From NCBI GenBank assembly GCA_002696205.1, contig NZRL01000014.1:290-64289 (forward strand): a stretch of DNA of 64,000 bases, read 5' to 3'. Under the pieces are notes generated by a model. That model was not told the DNA's origin. It ran no database searches and saw nothing but the letters and a program-made list of their open reading frames with translations. This DNA comes from Rhodospirillaceae bacterium. Its GTDB lineage: Bacteria > Pseudomonadota > Alphaproteobacteria > Rhodospirillales > Casp-alpha2. Each line of letters opens with the position of its first letter. The first letter of the stretch is position 1. The position numbers and the translations under genes are program-made. This document shows, piece after piece, positions 57,507-64,000 of the stretch.

Positions 57507-58181
57507 ATGGCACCGGTGAAACGCAAGGCCCATTGGTATTTCGATTACATCTCGCCATACGCCTATTTGCAGTTTCATCAGATGCCGCGGTTCCGCGAGC
57601 GGCTGGACATCTCGCTGGAGCCGGTGCTGTTCGCCGGACTGCTGAATGCCTGGGGCCAGTTGGGCCCGGCGGAAATCCCGGAAAAGCGTCTTGCGACCTA
57701 TAAGTTCTGCACTTGGCGGGCCCAGCAGATGGGCCTGCCATTCCGCACCCCGGTCCATCATCCCTACAATCCCCTGCCGACCCTGCGCCTGACCTTGGCG
57801 CGCGGATCGCACGCGGCGGATATCGACAAAATCTTCGACGCCATCTGGGGACGCGGCCTGGACATGGCCGACGCAGACGTGTTCGACGAGCTCAAGGCGT
57901 CGCTGGGCCCGGCCGATGCGCCGGAACTGGACGCCGAGGCAGCCAAGGCCGCCCTTCACACCAATACGGACAGCGCCGTCGCCAAGGGCGTTTACGGCGT
58001 GCCGACCTTCGCCGTCGAGGACGCCACGGCGGAAAACGGCTGGCGGCTGTTCTGGGGGTTCGATGCGGGCGACTGGATGCTCGACTGGTTGGATAACCCG
58101 AACATGTTCGAAAGCCCCGCCATGCGCACCGCCGACGACTGTCTGGTCGGCGCCCGGCGCCGCCGCCCGGAAGAAAAATAA
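57507..58181 (+). CDS. 2-hydroxychromene-2-carboxylate isomerase / kappa-GST (DsbA-like) family protein
   Basis: WYFDYISPYAYL, GPAEIP.KR, HPYNPL, GVYGVPTF and FWG.D. Confidence 0.85.
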   Translation: MAPVKRKAHWYFDYISPYAYLQFHQMPRFRERLDISLEPVLFAGLLNAWGQLGPAEIPEKRLATYKFCTWRAQQMGLPFRTPVHHPYNPLPTLRLTLARGSHAADIDKIFDAIWGRGLDMADADVFDELKASLGPADAPELDAEAAKAALHTNTDSAVAKGVYGVPTFAVEDATAENGWRLFWGFDAGDWMLDWLDNPNMFESPAMRTADDCLVGARRRRPEEK

Positions 58182-58264
58182 CGCGGCACCTACCCAACCG
58201 GCCCGCTGCCGGACCATAATCGCCGATCTTAAAAAAACACCCATCCAGGAGAGGAAACACCATC

Positions 58265-58852
58265 ATGCGACGCCTACCCGCCGTCACCCAAGACGCCATG
58301 ACCGACGAACAAAAGGACGTCTTCGGCAAGATCACCTCCGGCCCCCGGTCCAAGGGCCGCAACGCCATGGACTTTCTCGATGCGGACGGCGGCCTGATCG
58401 GGCCGTTCAACGCCTATCTCTACAGCCCCAAGGTCGGCAACGCGGCGCAAACGCTGGCCGGACTGCTGCGCTTCGACAGCGTCATTCCGGGCGACCTGCG
58501 CGAGATCGCGATCATGGCCGTCGGCCAGAACTGGGGCGCCGATTACGAGTTTTACGCCCATGCCAAGGTGGCCCGGAACGAAGGCGTCGACGAAGACACC
58601 ATCGAGGCGATCCGCGTCGGCAAATCGCCCGCCGATCCGAAACACGCGGCGATCCACGGCTTCGTCATCGAACTTCTGGAAAACAAGAAGGTCTCGGACG
58701 CCACCTATGCCGCCGCCCATGCGATCCTGGGCGACCAGGGCATGGTCGAACTGGTCCTGCTGGCCGGCTGCTACTGCATGGTTTCGGCCAACCTGAACGC
58801 CTTTCAGACCCCCATGCCCGAAGGCGTGGCCCGCCCGTTCGGCGGCGACTGA
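58265..58852 (+). CDS. carboxymuconolactone decarboxylase (AhpD-like) family protein
   Basis: GPFNAYL.SP, LREIAI and YEFYAH. Confidence 0.8.
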   Translation: MRRLPAVTQDAMTDEQKDVFGKITSGPRSKGRNAMDFLDADGGLIGPFNAYLYSPKVGNAAQTLAGLLRFDSVIPGDLREIAIMAVGQNWGADYEFYAHAKVARNEGVDEDTIEAIRVGKSPADPKHAAIHGFVIELLENKKVSDATYAAAHAILGDQGMVELVLLAGCYCMVSANLNAFQTPMPEGVARPFGGD

Positions 58853-58865
58853 CCCTATCGAATGG

Positions 58866-58899
58866 GGAAGGGCCGGTGATATAACGGCCCTTCCTTTTT
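58866..58899 (+). terminator. probable rho-independent terminator
   Basis: GGAAGGGCCG...CGGCCCTTCC stem followed by T5. Confidence 0.6.
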
Positions 58900-58936
58900 C
58901 GGCCCCACCCGGGGCCATATCCAACGGAGAGAAAGC

Positions 58937-59791
58937 ATGTCGCGCACGGTCTACGTCAACGGTGAGTACGTCGCGGAAGAGGACGCCAAGGTTTCGGTCT
59001 TCGATCGCGGGTTTCTGTTCGCCGACGGGATTTATGAAGTCTCCTCCGTGCTGGACGGCAAGCTGATCGACAATCCGGGGCACATGGCGCGCCTGGAACG
59101 CTCGTTGAACGAGTTGAAAATGGCGCGCCCCTGTTCGAACGACGAACTGCTGGCGATCCAGAAGGAACTGATCAAGCGCAACAACGTCACCGAAGGTGTC
59201 GTCTACATGCAGGTCACGCGGGGAGCCGCCGACCGCGACTTCAATTTCCCCAAGGACGCGACGCCGTCGCTGGTCATGTTCACCCAGGAAAAGAACATCC
59301 TGGCCAACCCGGCCGCCGACAAGGGCATTTCCATCGTCACCCTGCCCGATATCCGCTGGCAGCGCCGCGACATCAAGACGGTGCAGTTGCTGGCCTCGTC
59401 CCTGGCCAAGCAGACGGCCAAGGAAATGGGCGTCGACGACGCCTGGCTGGTCGAAGACGGCATGATCACCGAAGGCACGTCGAACAACGCCTTCATCGTC
59501 ACCGAGGACGGCACCATCATCACGCGCGGCCTTTCGAATTCGATCCTGCACGGCATCACGCGCAAGGCCGTTCTGAAAGTGGCGAACGAGCTTGGCCTGA
59601 CCCTGGTCGAACGGTCCTTCACCCCGGAAGAAGCCTATGACGCGGTCGAGGCCTTCTCGACCAGTGCCTCCAGCTTCGTCATGCCGATCATCAAGATCGA
59701 CGACCATATCCTGGGCAACGGCGTGCCCGGCCCGGTGAGCCAGAAGCTCCGCGCCGCCTATATCGCCGAAGCCAAGGCCAACGCCGAATAG
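58937..59791 (+). CDS. dat: D-amino acid aminotransferase (PLP fold IV)
   Basis: DRGFLFADGIYEV, YMQVTRG, RW.RRDIKT, EG.SNN and ILHGITR. Confidence 0.9.
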   Translation: MSRTVYVNGEYVAEEDAKVSVFDRGFLFADGIYEVSSVLDGKLIDNPGHMARLERSLNELKMARPCSNDELLAIQKELIKRNNVTEGVVYMQVTRGAADRDFNFPKDATPSLVMFTQEKNILANPAADKGISIVTLPDIRWQRRDIKTVQLLASSLAKQTAKEMGVDDAWLVEDGMITEGTSNNAFIVTEDGTIITRGLSNSILHGITRKAVLKVANELGLTLVERSFTPEEAYDAVEAFSTSASSFVMPIIKIDDHILGNGVPGPVSQKLRAAYIAEAKANAE

Positions 59792-59810
59792 AACCCCAGC
59801 GGCTATCCGC

Positions 59811-61025
59811 ATGACCCCCAACGCCTTCAAAAGCGCCGGCCATTCCTGGCGCCTGTTCTGTGGCACGGACGTCATCGAACAGAACTTGAAGGCCGCCGTC
59901 ACCCGTGCAGGCGCCCAGCGCGCGATGATCGTCTGTTCGCCCTCCATCGCCGCGAAAACGGACCTGCCCGCCCGGATCGAGGCTGCCTTGGGCGACCGGT
60001 TCGCCGGCATCTTCGACGGCATCGAAAAGGATTCCAGCTACGCCAGCGTTTCCGCCGCGACGGCCCGGGCCCGCGAATTGAAGACCGATCTCTTGATCGC
60101 CGTCGGCGGCGGCAGCGTCATCGTCGCGACGCGGGCCGTCTCGATCTTCCTGTCCGAAGCGGGCGATCCCTTCGACCTGATGACCCAGTATCCGGAAGGC
60201 GGTCGACCGGTCAGCCCCCGCCTGAACGCCCCCAAGGTTCCCATCGTCAACATCCCGACGACGCCGACCAGCGCCATGAACCGGGGCGGCACGGGATTGA
60301 AGAACCCGGACCTGGATCACCGGATGGAGTTTTTCGACCCGAAGACCCGGCCCCAGGCGATCTTCATCGACGACGGCGCGCTGATGACGGCGCCCGACGG
60401 CCTGATCCTGTCGACGGCGACGACGGTCTTCGCCTGGGCCGTGGGGGCGATGTCGCTCGATGCCGTCAATCCCCTGGTCGCGGGCGACCATGCCCAGGCC
60501 TTCCGCCTGGCGCTGGATGCCTACCGCCGGCTGCCGGACGCCCTGGACGATCCGGCGCCGCGCCGCGATCTCTGCCTCGCGGCTTTCCTGCAGAACCGGG
60601 CGGAAGACGACGGCCAGACCTTCGTCCTGCGCGGCCCCTACGCCAGCAACTATGCCTGCGCGACGGCCCTGCATCTGGAATATCCGAACATGAAGCAGGG
60701 CGAGTCCACGGCGGTCGTCCATGCGGCGACCATCCGCCTGGCGGAAGGCGTGACATCGGCCCAGGCGCAGGGCCCGGCGTCTGCCCTGGGTGTGTGGCGG
60801 GATGGCATGGACGTTGCCGCCGCCGCCGAGGCCGTGGCCGGGGAACTGGAAGCGATCTACCAAAAGGCCGGAATGCCGATCCGCCTGCGCGATCTGGAGA
60901 TTGACCGGGACGCCCTGCCCGCCGTGGCCGCGCGGACGGTCAAGATCTTCAACGCCAGCGGCGACCTGACGACGCCGGAAGACCGGATCGCCCGGTCCTT
61001 GGCGATCCTGGAGCGCGCCTGGTAG
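59811..61025 (+). CDS. iron-containing alcohol dehydrogenase/maleylacetate reductase-fold protein (metal ligands apparently absent)
   Basis: AVGGGSVI and NIPTT motifs plus overall length. The usual Asp/His ligands were not found. Confidence 0.75.
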   Translation: MTPNAFKSAGHSWRLFCGTDVIEQNLKAAVTRAGAQRAMIVCSPSIAAKTDLPARIEAALGDRFAGIFDGIEKDSSYASVSAATARARELKTDLLIAVGGGSVIVATRAVSIFLSEAGDPFDLMTQYPEGGRPVSPRLNAPKVPIVNIPTTPTSAMNRGGTGLKNPDLDHRMEFFDPKTRPQAIFIDDGALMTAPDGLILSTATTVFAWAVGAMSLDAVNPLVAGDHAQAFRLALDAYRRLPDALDDPAPRRDLCLAAFLQNRAEDDGQTFVLRGPYASNYACATALHLEYPNMKQGESTAVVHAATIRLAEGVTSAQAQGPASALGVWRDGMDVAAAAEAVAGELEAIYQKAGMPIRLRDLEIDRDALPAVAARTVKIFNASGDLTTPEDRIARSLAILERAW

Positions 61026-61059
61026 CGTGCCCGAAAGCGGCCTGAAGGGCGAATTTTCC

Positions 61060-61923
61060 ATGAATGTGCTCGACCTGCCTGACCTCAGCCTGGCCTATCA
61101 CCGCGCCGGTGACGGCGCGCCTTTGGTCTTCCTCCACGGCTGGCCCGAATGGTCCGGCGTGTGGCGAAAGGTTCTGCCCGGTCTTGAGGCGCGGTTCGAC
61201 GTGATCGCCCCGGACCTGCGGAACTTCGGCGACAGCCGGGGGGACGAAGCCCGCGACGTCGACCATTACGTCTCGGACCTGGAAGCCTTGGTCGATCACC
61301 TGGGCCTGGACCGCTTCGGCATCGTCAGCCACGACGTCGGCGGCTTTCTTGCCCTGGATTATGCCAGGCGCCATCCGGGCCGCCTGGCGGGCCTGTTCTT
61401 CTTCGACTGTCCGCATTTCGGCATCGGGCCGCGCTGGCTGCAGGGCGGGCAGGTGCGGGAAATCTGGTACCAGTCGTTCCACCAACTGCCCCTGGCGGTC
61501 GATCTGGTCGGCGCATCCAGGGAAAGCTGCCGCGCCTATTTCCGCCACTTCCTTGCCCATTGGGCCGGACGGCCCGATGCCTTCGACGACGCCGCGGTCG
61601 AAGAATGGACCGACAACTTCATGAAGCCCGGCAATCTGGCGGGCGGGTTCCGCTGGTACGCCTGCGCCAATGAACGGCGGCTCAAGGCCATGGCGGATGG
61701 TGGGGAGAACGCGCCGATGATCGACCTGCCCGCCTATTCCCTATGGGGCGGGGCGGACCCGATCCTGCGCCCCGAATGGCAAGAGACGTTGACGGACGTG
61801 TTCAGCGATATCCGCCTGGAATTGGCGCCGGGGGCCGGGCATTTCGTCGCCTGGGAAGCACCCGAACTGGCGATTGATCGGATCGGGAGCTTCTTCGAGC
61901 CCTTGTTCAGGCAGCCCGATTGA
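61060..61923 (+). CDS. alpha/beta hydrolase, epoxide hydrolase/dehalogenase family
   Basis: LHGWP, APDLR..G.S, SHDVGG (Asp nucleophile), WY and GHF..WEAP. Confidence 0.88.
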   Translation: MNVLDLPDLSLAYHRAGDGAPLVFLHGWPEWSGVWRKVLPGLEARFDVIAPDLRNFGDSRGDEARDVDHYVSDLEALVDHLGLDRFGIVSHDVGGFLALDYARRHPGRLAGLFFFDCPHFGIGPRWLQGGQVREIWYQSFHQLPLAVDLVGASRESCRAYFRHFLAHWAGRPDAFDDAAVEEWTDNFMKPGNLAGGFRWYACANERRLKAMADGGENAPMIDLPAYSLWGGADPILRPEWQETLTDVFSDIRLELAPGAGHFVAWEAPELAIDRIGSFFEPLFRQPD

Positions 61924-62818
61924 ATCCCTTGGCCGTGCGCTGCATGAGGTCACGGAACGCCTGTGCGGCGGGGGTCAAGGTCCGGTCCCGGGCCTGAATG
62001 ACCGAGACACGGCGCGTCAGGTCCACGTCGGCGACGGGCAGCAGTTTCAATCCGCGCATGTCGAGGACCCGGGCGACCAGCCCGGCGACCAGGCCGACCC
62101 CCACCCCTTCCTTCACCAGATTGACCAGGGTCAGCGCATAGCGCGTCATCAGCACGGGCGCGTAATCGACACCGGCACCTTCGAACGCCCGGCGGGTATA
62201 GGCCCAGGCCGCGGATTCGGGCGGCATGGAGATCAGACGTTCCGCCCCGATCTCGGTCAGCGTGACGGACTCCCTTGCCGCCAAGGGATGATCCTCGCGC
62301 ACGGCCAGCATGACCGTATCGGTCAGCAACGGTTCGACGACGAAGGGCGTATCGTCGCCATCGAAGGGGGAGACCGCCATATCGACGTCGCCACGGATCA
62401 CCCGATCCATGACTTGGCCGAAGAAGTCGTCCAGCAGCACGACCTCGATTTCCGGGTGGCGCCTTTGGAATTCGCCCAGCACGCCGGGCAGGAACGCCGC
62501 CGCCGCCGAGGGCGAGGCCCCGACCACGACGCGGCCCCGGCCCAGGTGGGCCTCCTCGCGGAATTCACGGACCAGGGCGCGGGTTTCCAGGATCATGCGT
62601 TCGACCCGCCCGCGCAGGCGTTCGCCCGCTTCGGTGATGACGACCCGCCGGGTCGTGCGGTGGAACAGGCTGACGCCCAGGACGGCTTCGAGATGGCGGA
62701 TACGGGCGGAAATCGTCGGCTGCGACACGCCGAGATCACGCGCCGCCTGCCGGAAGCTGCCGCTTTCGGCGACCGAGACGAAGGCGTCCAAATCCGCCGG
62801 AGATAAATTCATCAGCAT
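61907..62818 (-). CDS. LysR family transcriptional regulator
   Basis: F..VAE.GSF..AA..L.VSQP.IS..I..LE..LG..LF.RTTR.V..T.AG. Confidence 0.93.
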   Translation of the reverse strand: MLMNLSPADLDAFVSVAESGSFRQAARDLGVSQPTISARIRHLEAVLGVSLFHRTTRRVVITEAGERLRGRVERMILETRALVREFREEAHLGRGRVVVGASPSAAAAFLPGVLGEFQRRHPEIEVVLLDDFFGQVMDRVIRGDVDMAVSPFDGDDTPFVVEPLLTDTVMLAVREDHPLAARESVTLTEIGAERLISMPPESAAWAYTRRAFEGAGVDYAPVLMTRYALTLVNLVKEGVGVGLVAGLVARVLDMRGLKLLPVADVDLTRRVSVIQARDRTLTPAAQAFRDLMQRTAKGFNRAA

Positions 62819-62853
62819 TATCTATCAATTTATATAATCATCGTATTTTTCTT

Positions 62854-62869
62854 TCAATCAAAGGATTGA
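62854..62869. promoter_or_regulatory. palindrome in the divergent LysR/TauD promoter (putative LysR site)
   Basis: TCAATC-AAAG-GATTGA in an AT-rich intergenic region. Also CTATCAAT (62822) paired with ATTGATAG (62865). Confidence 0.5.
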
Positions 62870-62980
62870 TAGGGTGCGCATCTCGCCGCCGAAAGCGGCC
62901 CGAATTTCTTCCCCCGGTCTCCTTCCGATGAACCTGGGGACGACATGAACGCAGCGACACATATCCGAGGACAGCGACCC

Positions 62981-64000
62981 ATGACTTTTCAACCCGTCGA
63001 CAGCCCCGCCGCCTGGCGCGTTTCCGAAATCGAAAACGACGACCGTTGGATTTTCCGTCTCGACGACACCCAACGCCGGCAGATGGCCGAGGCCGTCAAG
63101 GCCGCCTATGTCGCGGATAAGGAATTGTTCGATTACCAGGGGACGGATTTCGACCTGGGCCCGGGCATGGGCGTGATCGCCGCCGCCGCGCAGGAAGCCA
63201 AGACCGGCCGCGGCCTGGCGGTGCTCAAGGGCCTGCCCCGCGACGAAGTGACCGAGGACGAATTCCGCATCATGAATTGGGCGATCGGCCTGCACCTGGG
63301 CGTCGCCCGGCCGCAGGGCATCAAATCGCAGTATATGTCCCAGGTCCGCGCCGTCGGCCATACCTACCGCGCGGCCAACGGGCGCGGGTACAACTCCAAC
63401 GCCAGCCTGGATTTCCACACCGACGGCTGCGATATCGTGACGCTGGCCTGCTACAACAAGGCCAAATCGGGCGGCCAGAGCATGGTGTCGTCCAGCCTCA
63501 CGGCCTGGAATACGCTTCTCGCCGAACGGCCGGATCTGGCCGAAGCCGCCCGGACGCCGTTCTATTTCTCGCGCAACACGGAAGAGGCCCCGGACGAAGG
63601 CCCCTATTACAGCCAGCCCCTGTTCGACGAAGCCGAGGGCCATATGTTCGGCAAGTGGAACCGCAACCGCGTGCGCACGGCCCAGGAAATCGCCGGTGTG
63701 CCGCCCCTGACCCAGGCCCAGGTCGAATGCACGGACCTGCTGGACGATATCCTGCGCCGCCCGGACGTCATGTACACCATGTGGCTGGAACCCGGCGATC
63801 TGCAGTTCATGAACAACCACGTCATGCTGCACTCGCGGACGACCTTCGAAGATTACGAAGAAGAAGAACGCAAGCGCCTGCTCTATCGCCTGTGGCTGGC
63901 GACGCCGGATTCCCTTCGCCTGCCGGACAGCTGGGGCGGGTATTTCCGGTCGGTCGAACCGGGCACGGTACGCGGCGGCATCCGCGGTCATCACTACGAC
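62981..64000 (+). CDS. TauD/TfdA family Fe(II)/2-oxoglutarate dioxygenase, 3' end outside the window (missing from the ORF track)
   Basis: Manual translation MTFQPVDSPAAW...GRGLAVLKGLP...LDFHTDGCDIV.L.C...A.SGG.S...PGDLQFMNNHVMLHSRT...RLLYRLWL contains the HxD...H facial triad. GAGGA RBS. Confidence 0.9.
   Translation, partial: MTFQPVDSPAAWRVSEIENDDRWIFRLDDTQRRQMAEAVKAAYVADKELFDYQGTDFDLGPGMGVIAAAAQEAKTGRGLAVLKGLPRDEVTEDEFRIMNWAIGLHLGVARPQGIKSQYMSQVRAVGHTYRAANGRGYNSNASLDFHTDGCDIVTLACYNKAKSGGQSMVSSSLTAWNTLLAERPDLAEAARTPFYFSRNTEEAPDEGPYYSQPLFDEAEGHMFGKWNRNRVRTAQEIAGVPPLTQAQVECTDLLDDILRRPDVMYTMWLEPGDLQFMNNHVMLHSRTTFEDYEEEERKRLLYRLWLATPDSLRLPDSWGGYFRSVEPGTVRGGIRGHHYD

Overview
High-GC (roughly mid-60s % by eye) chromosomal segment from what looks like an alphaproteobacterium, possibly Rhodospirillales-like. 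This is inferred from usg with a CIRCE, a phasin with PhaR-type boxes, ccoNOQP-GHIS, DUF1491 and a ScfR regulator. Most of the window is housekeeping or metabolic: part of the leucine catabolism cluster (ivd, mccB, hmgL), a tungstate ABC transporter (tupBCA), the cbb3 oxidase operon behind an FNR box, a xanthine-dehydrogenase-family molybdoenzyme (coxSML-like) with maturation genes, glnS, dat and several catabolic enzymes. I saw no tRNA, rRNA, CRISPR array, transposase or integrase. Two things stand out. (1) A ~1.9 kb low-GC island (~8060-9990) inside the leucine cluster carries three overlapping genes: an HNH nuclease with an unrecognised C-terminal domain, an unknown 213-aa protein with a possible internal duplication, and a minimal Pol-beta nucleotidyltransferase. 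It is a candidate undescribed anti-phage or toxin-antitoxin system. (2) A ScfR/RamB-family transcription factor contains an inserted histidine-kinase DHp segment that is 48% identical to that of the nearby CrbS-like symporter-kinase, next to a stand-alone receiver protein. This suggests an unusual phosphorelay ending on a transcription factor. All product calls come from motif recognition by eye, with no database searches.
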